Below are positions 11,763 to 24,848 of a DNA stretch of 64,000 nt, piece after piece; position 1 is the first letter of the stretch, and each line of letters begins with the position of its first letter. The notes beneath the pieces were generated by a model. It made no database searches. It was not told the origin of the DNA and saw nothing but the letters and a program-made list of their open reading frames with translations. A program made the translations under genes and the position numbers. This stretch comes from Proteromonas lacertae (Eukaryota). Location: NCBI GenBank assembly GCA_002245135.1, contig NGBS01000293.1, positions 310,001-374,000 on the forward strand, written 5' to 3'.

Positions 11763-14312
11763 ATGCAGTATGATAAAATTGCTAAATGTACATAGACCAT
11801 ATACATTGGTGTGGTACAAACCATTGAATGTTCCTTGTTTAACAATTAATAAATCAGATCTAGACGATGAAGCTAAAGAATTATATTTTTCGAAGAATGA
11901 TTCATCCTTAATTCCATTGAAATACTTTCATGATGATGAAAAAAGATAGTATTAAATCGTTGTTAGTATTACATATAGTGGTTTGGCGAGTATTTCAGAT
12001 CTGCTTATTCCAGACAACATGCAAATGAAAATATATTCAAAGAAATAAAGAAAATAGAAAACTGGGATTATTCTACACATATATTGCAAATTATACAAGA
12101 TAAGTCGCAATTCAGGCGTTGCATTGTAACTAGTTTATCTGATCTAGAACCAATACAACGAAAAATGTTTGAAGATTGTCAAATTAAAGGGAAAACTCCA
12201 GTAAAGTATATGGATGATCCATCAAGACCTTTGTATATTTATTTATCTGTATATATATTAATAGTGGAATATTAAAACCTTCAGATATATCATTTTGTGA
12301 TGATGAATATGGTAAAAAAGTAATAAGTAGTTTAAGCAGTTTGAATAATTCATTTGAATCGAATCATAATCATAGAGAAGAAGAAGAAGAAGAAAATGAT
12401 AATTATATTGATGATATTATTAATAATAATGCTATAGTTGAACAAAATCCAAATCCAATACAACAAATAAATGATGAATTAATAGATGATAAACCAAAGA
12501 AGAAAAGAGGTAGGAAAAGAAAGAAACAATCAGATATATCGTTTTCAAGAGTAGTAGAAGAAGAAGATGATGATGATGATGATAATTATATTGATAATGT
12601 TATTACAAGACAAACTCAATTTCAAAACAACAACAACAATCACCTCCACAAAAGAAAAATGAAATAAAAGAAAATGTACAAAAGAAAAAAAGAGATAGGA
12701 AAAGAAAGAAACAATCAGATATATTGTTTTCAAGAATAGAAGGAGAAGATGAAGATGATGAAAATGAGGATTATAACATAGAGAATGAGTATTTAGATGA
12801 TGATGATGATGATGATGATGGAGAAGAATCTGAAGATGAATTCCATTTTGAAAATGATAATAATTATCGTAATAGTAGTGAACAACCAAAGAAAAGAAGA
12901 CATTCATCAAAAAGAAAACCAATTAAACAAACAACAATAGGAGAAGGAAAAGAAGAAGAAGAAGAAGAAATAGTTGATCCTCCGCATTTAAAATGTCTTT
13001 TATACAATGTTATTTGGGATAAAATTATTATGTATCCATGTATTATTGTCAGTCTAAAAGATCAAAATGATGAAGGTATTTCAAAGTATAAATCATCCAA
13101 AATCGAAATAAGAAATAGAATTCCTGTCATTTATTTTTGTTCTGATTCAAATCAATAGTATATATAATATTATATTAAATTTTTATTGAATATAATTAGT
13201 GCAACAATAGATTCTTCAAATACTGATATTTTTACATTTGAAAGTATTTTCAAATATAATCAATATGAAAGAGATGATATAGTAGAGCAGCAGAGATTTG
13301 AAATGGCAATATCAACAGCTTTTGTATTTATTATATCTATTTATTTATATGTTAGTATTGCTCTGTTAAAGCCAATGGAAGAGAAAGATTAAAATATTTA
13401 GAATCAAGAACTGCAGGTTGTTGTAGATGCTATAATAATGTGTTAAATGAAAATGTAAGATATACTTATTGTGATAAATGTTTTTTATGTTATGACTACA
13501 GATGTGCTGGTTTTAAAACTATTCCTCAATCAATTGAGAATGAAACTTTTTATTGTTATAGATGTAAAAGATATGTATAAATATTATTTTTTGTTATTTA
13601 TATAACTTAAATAGTTGAAATATCATCCAGAATTAGAGAATAGAGAAGAAATAATAATTGCTTCAAAGAATAATAACGATGATCATTATTTATATAATAT
13701 ATTTTGGGATAAACGCTATTATACACCATGTATTGTTATTGATATTCCTGATATGAATGATCAAGCTTTGAAAGAATATAATAGATTTAAAGGTGATGAA
13801 TACATGCCTATTCGATATTTCTGTGAACTTAAAGATCCTTAGTATATTATTATTATTATTATTATAGTGGATTTGCAAAAGAACATGAATTGGAAGCTTT
13901 TAATTATGAAAGTATCTTCAAGAATAAAAAATATGTAAAAACAGAGGAAGAAATGAAACATTTTGCATCATCTGTTGCTACAGCTTTTGTATTTATTATA
14001 TATTTATATATATAAATGATATAGTTTTGTCAAAATTCTAAAGTTAGAGAATATAGATTAGATTGTATGGATGATAAATACAAAGGCTGTTGTAAATGTT
14101 TCAAAAAAATGATGCATGAGAAATTATCAAGTTTATTGGTTTGTAGTAATTGCTGTTTATATTATCATTGGAAATGTGAAAAATTTACAGAATATCCTAC
14201 AGATATAAGCGATGGAACTTACATATGTAATATGTGCAGAGAAAGAAGTATTCATTCATCGCATTTTGACCCAATATTTAATATTGATAATGTGAAAAAG
14301 GAAAAGTTGTAG
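11763..14312 (+). CDS. Multi-module PWWP-like/PHD protein B2 (4 PWWP-like + 2 PHD, acidic linker)
   Basis: Modules YTLVWYKPLNVPCL, QIIQDKSQFRRCIV, LYNVIWDKIIMYPCII and LYNIFWDKRYYTPCIV. PHDs GCCRC...YCDKCFLCYDYRC...CYRC and GCCKC...CSNCCLYYHWKC...CNMC. Joining needs small introns and two apparent -1 indels (about 12016 and 12625). Confidence 0.7.
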
Positions 14313-14423
14313 TATTACTCTTCAAATGAGTAGAATGTAATTGATTTATAATATGACATGTAATTTTTTACTTTTTACCTTTTTTTATATTTTGACTAAA
14401 ATAATACAGTAATCACTGATAAG

Positions 14424-15661
14424 ATGAGTTCAATTTCTGACAGTGATATGCCAAAGTATTATAAAGATGTGCTATACGATATTGTATGGGATAATGAATT
14501 TAATTACCCATGTTTAATCGTTAGCACCAAAGATATTAGTCAAGAAGCATTAGAAGAATTTAATAAATCAGAATCGAGTAAAAAAGTACCTGTAATTTAT
14601 TTTTGTGCTGAAGATGAAGCAAACAAGTTGTATATTTGTCATTTTCTATTTATATTATAGTGGAATAATAGATTTACCTTGATACTTCCAAATTTTCATA
14701 TGCAAGTATCTTTAAATACAAAGAACTTAACAAAAGCCAACCAAATGAAGAAAATTTCTGTTCTGCAGTAACAACAGCCTATGTATATATATTCTAATAC
14801 AATCAAATAGTTTTGTAAGAAAACAAAGAAAGGAGAAAACAGACTTGAAATATTAGATGAAGTAGATGCTGGATGTTGTGATTGTTTCTCAAGTGAAATT
14901 AAATCAGATGATTTATTAGACGGATTTGTTTGCTGTGATAAATGTTTATTAGCTTATCATTGGAAATGTGAAGGATTTAAAGAAGTTCCAAAAGATATTG
15001 AAAGTTATAATTTCATATGTAAAAGATGTTCAAATAATGTATGTTTTATATACTTTATAATGTTTTATTATTATTATATAAAATAGACTTCAGATAGTAA
15101 TAAAAAGGATAATTCTTCAATTAAAAGAAGTCATTCTGTTGAAAATGATGACAAGAAACACAAGAAATCGAAATTAACTCTAGATTTAAGTCCAACAGTC
15201 TCACAAAACATTCAAAAAGGAAATATAAGGATAAAATCAATAGAATTTATTCAAAGAGTTTACAGTATAAATAGAGCAAGAGAAAAAATGAAAGTATTTG
15301 ATGTGAATGATACAAATTCATTTGATAATCTAAAAAATATAATTAATTCATCTTATGGATGTTTAATAGATCATGAAGTAATGAAAAATGTATATCCTTA
15401 TTTTAAAGAAATAATACAAAATGTAAATGATAAAAAAGAACTTGCTGCTATATCGAAATATTTAAAAGAATTGAAAGCTGAATAGTATATTATATTATTA
15501 TTAATAATTATATATATAGTAATCAATCTGAAGATCCAAAAATTGTGAAAATATTATGTCAAAGACTAAAACCACTCATAGATAATATTAATGACACAAA
15601 ATTTAAAAATAATAAAAGTAATAAGAATAAAGAAAAAGTTAAAGTAAATGATGAAAAGTAA
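14424..15661 (+). CDS. PWWP-like + PHD protein B3 with C-terminal helical domain
   Basis: LYDIVWDNEFNYPCLIV...KVPVIYFC...FCSAVTTAY|...GCCDCF...CCDKCLLAYHWKCEG...FICKRC. The C-terminal region (FDNLKNII) is shared with B6. One apparent +1 indel near 14680. Confidence 0.8.
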
Positions 15662-15723
15662 ATGATATATATTTTGTTTTTGTTTTTATTTTTATTTTTT
15701 GAAATGTAAATAAAAATAAATAA

Positions 15724-18632
15724 CTAAAAAGATATAATAAAGTTTCTATTAAAATATACATCTATTACTTCATTTCCATCTACTTTTATTCCATACGAAA
15801 TATCCATTAAATGAGAAGATATTGTTCTTACATATTGAGTTACATTTATAACATTCAACACTTCAGAATCATTTAACACTAATTCAATGCATATTACATC
15901 ATCAACATCATATCTATATTTAAAACTTTTATTAATCGTATGTGAAGAAGAATAAAAGCGATGTTTAATCTGACCAATCAATCTTCCATTCAGTTTAATA
16001 TTTACACTTCTACTATAATCATCCACTTCTGTCAATTGATAATTTATATTTGAAGCAAATAGACAAGCACCTGAAGCACAAACATTTATATCATTTGTAT
16101 TAATATTTAATTTCTTTTCTAGTACCTTTTTGATATATCTCATTCTTATACTACCTCCAACACCAATTGCGTCTTTTAATGATTCAAATATATGCTTATT
16201 TTCCTTCATAAACTGTTTTAAATCATTTTCAAAAACATCAAATTCTGGCCTTAATATTTCATTCATACCTGCTTCTGTGATATTTGAAATATCATATCTA
16301 TCATTCTCAAATAAAGTACAATCACAATTAGTAGATATGCTACTCGATAATTGAGTTTTTACATTTTCTGCACTTTGTATAACTTTTTTGAGTTTTCTTT
16401 CTGGTAGATTATTTCTATTGTTATTTCCATTAGATATTTCTTCCCATTTTTCAAGAAAATAATCAGCAATTTTGTGTGTGAATAAATTACCACCTATTCT
16501 ATCATTCTTTCTATATTTCAGTATTTTATAAATCTTTTTAACTGGATCCATCTTCAATAAAGTAAAACTATAATGAGTAGCTCCAAAATCACAAACAAAT
16601 ATAGTAAATGGATGCTTAATACATTTATTAAAACAATAACCTATAGCTGCTGCTACTGGTTGATATAAAAAATATACAGCATTTATATCTAGTTTTGAAC
16701 TAACTTCTGTAATATAATCTTTTTGTTCCTTCTCAAAATCTAATGGAATAGTGAAAATCACATTAACATCATCATATGCATTACCAGATCTTGAAATTAT
16801 CGATTTTTTGATAGAGTTTAGAATTCTAGTTAATACATCATCTAATGAGATATATTTATCATTTTTTTCATCATAATTATATTCTACTTTGCCATTATTA
16901 TTACGAATTCTTATTGGAGAATGAGATTTATATTCATCATTATATTTTCCAATTACATTATTTAAACTAACTACATTATAAACATATGGTATTTCTTCTG
17001 AAGATTTGTTTGTTATTGTTGTTAAAGTAGGACTTGATCCATTATTAAGATCCAATTCTATTGGAGAACCATCGCAGTTCTTTTTATACACTTTAATATA
17101 ATAACTACCAATATCAATACCTGCAACATTTGCTTCGTTGCAACAATATGGTATTATTGATTTAGTATATGTAATTGCTTTACATTTCTTACTGACTATA
17201 ATAATAATATATAATAATAACAAAATACAGTTAATTTTTAATTTTGAATTATTTTGGATTTCTTTATTTATATTCTCTTCATCATCAATCGAAAAATCAT
17301 TTTCTTCTAAATCTAACAACTGAAGAAGAATATTTCTTCTTATTATCATTATTATTATATCAACATTATTACTTGACATATTACATCCTAATTAATTATA
17401 TATTGAATCAATAATATAATACTCTTTAATTTTAATTCTTTAAGTTTATTGTTTGAATTACATATTAAATATAAATCATTGTTATCCATGAAGTTATTAC
17501 TTAAATTCAGATATTTTAAATTCAGTGCATAACTAGCTGCTTTTACTAATAAATTTGATTGCAAAGGACTGAATGAAAGATCGAAATACTCAACATTCAT
17601 CAATATTTGACTAACATCTGTATAATATAATATTGATTTATCTATATATAAAATATATAGAAATATATACCATCACATTTTATCGATCTTCTATGCTTCA
17701 TAATAATACTATTAGGATTACTGCATCTAATAATGCTTGGATGATCAATTTCAATTATACGTAACTGATATGTTCCATATTTTGTACATCTTAAATTGTC
17801 TAAATTACACCCATAAAAATTCACGATTTCATCTAAATGTTTTGGTTTAACAATTAGTGTTTGGTTTGTTAAAATTAAATTTAAATTATGAGCTATATAA
17901 TGGCTGCTTTCATCTTCACTATATCCTTCTAATTCAATCACTACTTCAAATAATTTAATATCATTATTAATCATTCTATCAATGATACTTTGCAGTTTAA
18001 TATCTTCTTCGTTTATCATTTCATATAATTTTTTACAGAGTATTCCTAAAGATATAACATCATAACTTTGAGTTAGTTCTTTTTCTTTTATTCTATTAAA
18101 TAAATATTCACCACAATGTTGTAAATAGAATTTGTTTTTACACTCATTATAAAAAATACTTGATGAATTTATTCCACCATGAATTACATTTAAATATTCA
18201 TACTCTTTTAAAATCTTTGCAATATCCAAAATAAGCTTATTAATTATATTTATATTCACAAGTCTTTGCTTAATAAATTGATTTAATGTAACATCTGAAG
18301 ACCTAATTGAACCAATTACACATTGCTCTTTCAAATAGCACATAATTTGTTCTTTCTTTTGAATATTAAAATACCTTAATAACTGAGTTATTTCCTTCTA
18401 TAACGAATTAAAGATATATATTCACACAAATACATAATTAAAAACAGTTTTATGTGTATTTTTATCACATATGAAACGTTTAAACTGTCCTATACTCTAA
18501 TAATATAAATGAGAGACTTACATTTAGACTTCCATAAAGCGTCAATGCTTTCTATGCGAATATAAAATATTTTTATAATACCAATAAACTCAAATCATAT
18601 TTAGATGCGGAGAAAAGCTTATGTAAATCCAT
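15724..18632 (-). CDS. Pseudokinase - LRR - Hsp70-like fusion protein
   Basis: Three ORF-track pieces join in frame across GT-AG introns. Kinase-like motifs IHGGINSSSIF, LQHCG and DVISLG; LRRs (YFDLSFSPL, LKYLNLSNNFM, LQLLDLEENDF); Hsp70 NBD motifs GIDIGS, QPVAAAIGY, CDFGA, IGGNLFT and VGGSIRM. Confidence 0.75.
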
Positions 18633-19009
18633 TCAAAAACGATCAAATTTTTGGATTGATTTTGTATTTTCGAAATATGAATGATTTGCGTTAATAGTTG
18701 TGTTTTTAATTTAATATATGATATATTTGATGATGTATATATGATAAAAATATATAAAAGGCAGATTTTCTCGAATTTTATGTAAATTACTGGCAAAGCT
18801 ATATGTTTTATTTCTCTCTCCAATAACTTCATCAAAAACTAATTAAAATCATCCGATCATAATATCAATAATAACTGTCAAGCTTTTCTTTCAGCTTGAA
18901 AGAATTTTTGTCGTTTATCTGCTTTTGTATTATATTAATTGCTAATAGAAATATATAATCTTGTTAATTTTATCGAATTACATACATTTGTAACAACAGA
19001 ACATAGATA

Positions 19010-20990
19010 ATGAATACAGATCAATTTAAACCATATCAGATGGTATGGAATATTGAAAACAAGATTCCTTGTATGATAGTTAATATAGAAGATTGTGATT
19101 ATAATCTTCAGAGTGAATACAACGAATGTTACGAAGATAAAGTTCCAGTTGTATATTTTCAGTTTGAGCCGTTAAGATTGTATATTTATTGTTTTCACAT
19201 AATTAATAGTGAATTAGTTTGGAAATTGTGTTTATTTGAGTGTAATACGTGTAGTAATAAAATGCTATTTAAGATGTGTAATGAAGAATATCAAAATGGT
19301 TGTAACAATACTGAGATAGAAAGTAATTCTGAATCAGGTTCTACATATGAATCACCAGCAACAATAAATAATCTGAATTTTACAAATCCAATTCCTTCTT
19401 CACCTAAAACAACTGAAAAACTTTCAGACGATGGATTAGAAGCTACTCTAATTCATGCAAATGAACAAGAAAAAATAGATGTAGTAGTAGAAGAAGAAGA
19501 AGAAAGTAGAAAAGAAAAATACCTTGATAAACAAGAAAAAGAAAAGAAAGATGAAGATGAAAATGAAGAACAACAACAGAAACAATTTCAATTAGAAGAA
19601 GAAGAAGAACAGAAAGAGGAGAAAAGAGAAGATGAAGAAGCAAAAGAACGACAACTACTACAAGCTGATCAAAAACAACTTACACAAAAAGAAATAGAAC
19701 AGCAACAAGAGAAAGAAAAATGTCAGAATCAACAAGAACTATTACAAAAACAACGTTTAGAAGAAGTAAAAAAGGTACAACAGCTTCTCCAATTTCAACA
19801 GCAACAACATAAGCAAGAAGAAGAAAAAGAAAAGCTACAAGAAGAAGAAGAAGAAAAACAACAACAACAAGAGGAAGAAGAAGAGGAAAAATATCATCAA
19901 CAAAGACAACTACTGTTACAAAGACAAAGACTAGAGGAAGTACAAAAATTACAAGAATTATTACAATTTGAACAACAACAACAACAACAACAACAGCTAT
20001 TTCAAGAGGAAGTAGAAGACTATATAAAAGAAGAAGAAATAGAAGAAAAACTTCAAATAAAACCGCAAATTCCACCATTATCAATGATATTAAGATCAAA
20101 ATCAGTATATATATAATTATTTAATGTATGTGTATTAAATAGAAGAAAAGAAAATCATCACAACCAAAAAGAAATGAGTTTTATGACACAATGAATTATA
20201 TAAATATTCAACATCAATCATCTTCACCATCTAAATCAAAGAAAAGAAAATCAGTTGATATTATACAAAATAAAAACAAAACAACTTCTTCTTCTTCTTC
20301 TTCTCCTCGAAAGAGACATAAGAAAAACAGTAAAAATGATAATATAATCACGAATATTAATCACAATAAAAATACAAATATAGAAAATCAACATGTCAAT
20401 GAAATATTATATGATAAAACTATGCAATGGACTTGTATTGTAGTTGATTCACATGATTTAGCATTATACAGTGAAGAAAGAGATAAATATTATCAATTTA
20501 GAAATAAAAATGAAAATAAAGATATTGTAGCATTGAAATACTTCAATTCATATGATGGCACTTTGTATTTTTTTTTTTGAAATATATAATATTAATATAT
20601 AGTCTTACTACAATTTATAGAAGTTCCAGATTTATGAAATTTGATAGAAATGATGAAAGTATCTATAATGAAATGAGAAAAAAAAGAACAGTTAATCGTG
20701 ATAAAGCATATGTTACAGCTGTTGTATTTATAATTTATATTTTTTGTGATAGTATGCTGATACTTTGCGAGAAGATAATAAATTTGCCATTTCTGTATAT
20801 GAAAATGTTAAATGTTTTATTTGTAAAAGAATTGGTGAGAATTTGTTGAGTTGTCCAAAATGTTATTTTAGTATTTATTTATTTTGTTTATATGTATATA
20901 GAATATCATTTAAGTTGTTTAAGTAATATTAAACGTAGAATAACATATAGTTTCTTATGTGAAGAATGTGAAAGTTTAATAGAATGTTAA
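19010..20990 (+). CDS. PWWP-like x2 + PHD protein B4 with Q/E-rich coiled-coil linker
   Basis: YQMVWNIENKIPCMIV...KVPVVYF and NEILYDKTMQWTCIVV...ALKYF. Spliced PHD CFICKRIGENLLSCPKCYFKYHLSC...FLCEEC ends at TAA 20990. Confidence 0.75.
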
Positions 20991-21176
20991 TTCAATTATT
21001 TGCTTTGTTTAATTCTTAGTTTTTGTTTATTATTAATGTAGTATTGAATATATATATTGTATTTATGATGATATATTCTTCAATTAGCGCTTAGAATTTG
21101 AATTATGAGAATGGCGCCAATAAGTTAAATTACCTCCTTTTTCTTTTTCATTATTTTAAGGGTATAACATATTAGA

Positions 21177-22747
21177 ATGGCAAGAACAAAACCTGCTATA
21201 ACAAATAGAAGTAGTTTAACTATGAAAAACAATAATAAAGATAATGCAGAGTATTAATTTTGATAATTTTTCTATTTTCATTAGAAAACAAATGTCAAAG
21301 AGAAAAGTATTTCATTCAATTAATAATTAATGTAAATAGCTATTTAATAGAGATAATGAAGCTCAAAAGCGAAAATCAACAGATTCACAAAACGATAATT
21401 CACCCAAAAAGCAAAAGAAAGCATATACAACACCAAAAGATAGATTATATGACATTGGATGGTATACACCATGGATTTGGCCATGTATGATAATTGAACC
21501 AAAAGATATGAGTAGAGAAGCACAAAAAGAATTTGAGAAATGGAAAGATCCAAAGAAATTAGCAATTCGATTCTTCTGTGAAGATTCTAATCCTTATGCT
21601 ATAGCTAGATCCAAAGAAATTGAGCCATTTACTAATACAAATACTTATAAATATATTAATAATATTAAAGAAGATCAAATTTTAGCTTCTGCTTTTACTA
21701 CAGCTTATGTATATATATATAATACATTAATTTAATTAATTTAATAGTATGCTGCTGGTCTTCCACCATTTGAAAGAATAAAAATTAAATCAGAACAAGA
21801 TGCTGGTTGTTGTAGATGTTTTAAATCAAAAATGAAGACTTTTAACGATAAAGATTATGTTGATTATGTTTATTGTTCAAATTGCCATTTGAATTATCAT
21901 ATTGACTGTTCGGGAATTGATTTAAGTAAAGAAATGAAAGATGAATTTATATGTGATAAATGCAAAGTATTATATTACTCTATTTTTCTCTTTTTCTTTT
22001 CGCAACAACTTATAACATATAATTATTATGAATATATATTACATTAATAGTTTTATTTTTCTAATTTAAGTCAATCTGTATATATATATATATTATTTAT
22101 AATAATGATATATATATAAATATAGGACTTAGATGAAGAGTTTTTATTATCTCAAACTACTCCAGGCAGAATTCCAGGTGATGTATATGATATTGTTTGG
22201 TATTTACCAGATACTTGGCCTTGCTTAATTGTTTCAGCAAATGATTTGAGTGAAAAAGAAATGAAAGAATATAACAGATGCAAATACAATCCCAAAGTTC
22301 CGTTGAGATATTTTAATGATTGGGGAATAAAAACAGTAATAGCAAAAGCAGATGAAATTAAGTTATTTAATGAAAAGAATAATATTAAGTTTATGTATTA
22401 TGTTGAAAGAGATAGTGATTTAGCTGCTGCTTATACTACTGCATATGTATGTATATATCTTGATATAACTGTAGTATTGTTCTGGCTTAAATCCTGAAGA
22501 AAGATTGAACATACAAAGTGAACAAGATTCTGGATGTTGTAAATGCTTTAGTACCACAATTAAAAATTGTAAAAAGGGATTAGATCAATATGTATATTGT
22601 GATAAATGTCAATTAGCTTTTCATTTGCAATGTGTTGGATTGAAAGCTCTTCCTGATGAAAAAATGTCTTTCATTTGTGATAAATGTAAGAAATATGTAT
22701 ATTAGTTTATTTATATTGTTGAATAGAAATATAAAATCCGTAATTAA
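21177..22747 (+). CDS. PWWP-PHD-PWWP-PHD protein B5 with histone-H3-like N-terminus (MARTK)
   Basis: ATG GCA AGA ACA AAA at 21177 with an in-frame TAA just upstream. Two short introns join it in frame to LYDIGWYTPWIWPCMII and later VYDIVWYLPDTWPCLIV, each followed by a GCCxC...CxxC...H..C...CxxC PHD. Confidence 0.8.
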
Positions 22748-22903
22748 AGTTTATTTTCATTATATTGTTTATTATAACATATTATTTTGATTAATTCTTC
22801 TATATAACAAATATATGAACAGAATGTGAAAAATACAAAAAAATATAAGCTTGAATTATCCTCAAGCTTTGAATTTTTAATTCTCTTTTTCAACAAATTC
22901 CTA

Positions 22904-24738
22904 ATGAGTAAATTACCACCTACACCAGATTATCATAAGAAAATACTTCATAATGTGGTTTGGGATAAAAGCTTTCGTTTTCCTGCTGTTGTTTGTGATT
23001 TAGATGATTTAAGTCCAGAAGCACTGGCAGAATACAGAAAAATTAATATTAATAAGAGTAGAATAGTTACTGTAATGTATTTTTGTAGTGATAAAGCTAA
23101 TCTATAGTATATTAGTGTTTGATAATATTTATAGTGGATTTGTTTCATTGAAAGACATAGATGAATTTAATTATGAAATCTATATTGAAATACAAAAGAA
23201 TGAGGGAAGAGGATGATCAATTCAGTTCAGCAGTTACGACTGCCTTTGTATTGAATTATACATTATCTTATAGTATTACAAAGAAAAGTATAAAGATGAA
23301 GATCCTAATCCAAAATACTTGCAAGAAGATGCAGCAGGTTGTTGTGATTGTTTTAAAACTAGTATTGATGCTGATAATGGATTAGATGGTTATGTTTATT
23401 GTGATAAGTGTTTATTGGCTTATCATTGGAAATGTGAAGGATATACTGAATTACCAGAGGATATAAGTAACCATAAATTTGTTTGTAAAAGATGTAAAGA
23501 ATATGTATTAATTGTTATTTTTATTTAATAATAGTTTTCTAAACATCCTGAAAAAGATATAATTAAATCTAAACAAAAAATGGAATATGATGAATTAGAT
23601 GAAGAATTAGATGAAGAAGAGGATGATGATGAAGAAGTATTTGGATCAGATTCAGAAAAAACAAAAAAAACAAAGAAAGAAAAAGGAAAAGAAAGAAAAG
23701 AAAGTCGATAATAGTATTAGTAAAAGAAGTCCAACTAAAAGACCTCGATCAGAAGATAGAGAAGAAAAATTAATGAAAAGAGCCAAAGGGATATTGAGTA
23801 TAATACCAACAAAATTAAACAATCGTACAAGAGGAGAGTTGAGAGAAAAATCTTTAGAGTTTTTAAGAAATTATTATTTTTCTATAAATATAGAAAAAGA
23901 GATTTTGAAGTGTAAAACAAATGATGAGAATGCATTTGATAATTTAAAAAATATTGTTGATAAGAACGAATTTTGTTTAGTGTATAAAAATGTGATGAAG
24001 ACATCCTATTCATTATTTAAAGAAGTATTAATAATTATTATATAATTCTTTAGATTATAACAAATAATAAAGCTAATAAAGTAAAGCTAGAAGAAATACA
24101 AAAATACATTGAAGAACTGACTCTCAAATAGTATATTTATTAATATTACTATATTTAATTGATAGTGAAAATTCAAGTGATCCATATTTGATTAATAGTA
24201 TGTATAGAAGACTTAATGAGATGATAAAAACCATATTAAATGCAGAAAATGAGGAGGAAAAGGAAGAAGAAATAAGAAGAATTAAAAAAGAAAAAGAGGA
24301 AAAAGAAAGAAAAGAAAGAGATGAAAGAAAGAAAAGAGAAGAAGAAGACAAGAAAAAGAATGAAGAAGAATTATTAAAAGTTAAACAACCTGAAACAATA
24401 TATCACAAAAATTGTTTTAAAGCAATAAGACAGAGATTAATAAAGAATAATGTTATTGTAGAAAGATCAACAGTTTATTCAAAATTAATGCATGTATATA
24501 TATTATTGATATTATTATTTATTAGACATTAATATTAGAAACAATAGAAAAAAGAAAAGAAAAAGAAACTATGAAAGTGTATTTAGAGGAGTTTATTAAA
24601 TGTTATCATGGTATGGGTTTACTACTGAATAGAATAAATTTGTTAAATCAACCTACACTAGTAGCTGATAGAAGTTATGTTATTGCAATAATGTTTTCAG
24701 AATTAAATAATCAGCAAACTAGTAATTCACAACAATAA
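22904..24738 (+). CDS. PWWP-like + PHD protein B6 with long charged/helical C-terminus
   Basis: MSKLPPTP...LHNVVWDKSFRFPAVVCDLDDLS...VMYFCSD...SSAVTTAF|...GCCDCF...YVYCDKCLLAYHWKCEG...FVCKRC. Apparent +1 indel near 23177 and probably another near 23660. Confidence 0.75.
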
Positions 24739-24848
24739 TAATTTGTTTTTGTTCCTTTTTTTTGTTTTGTTTTTTTATAATCTTAAACCAATAAATTAAA
24801 GTTTAAAAGTAAATATACAACAATTTATTAATAATTATGTGAAATAAT

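Noticed and set aside
19443..20099. Hydrophobic antisense ORFs (also 12545-12922, 24124-24351, 31396-31764, 43114-43447, 51300-51740)
   Set aside because: They are shadows of GAA/CAA/GAT-rich or conserved coding sequence on the opposite strand.
21967..22125. 159-nt intron in B5 as a host of a hidden element
   Set aside because: It is simple AT/TA-repeat sequence. It may instead contain a 27-nt in-frame micro-exon (22051-22077), which cannot be resolved without RNA data.
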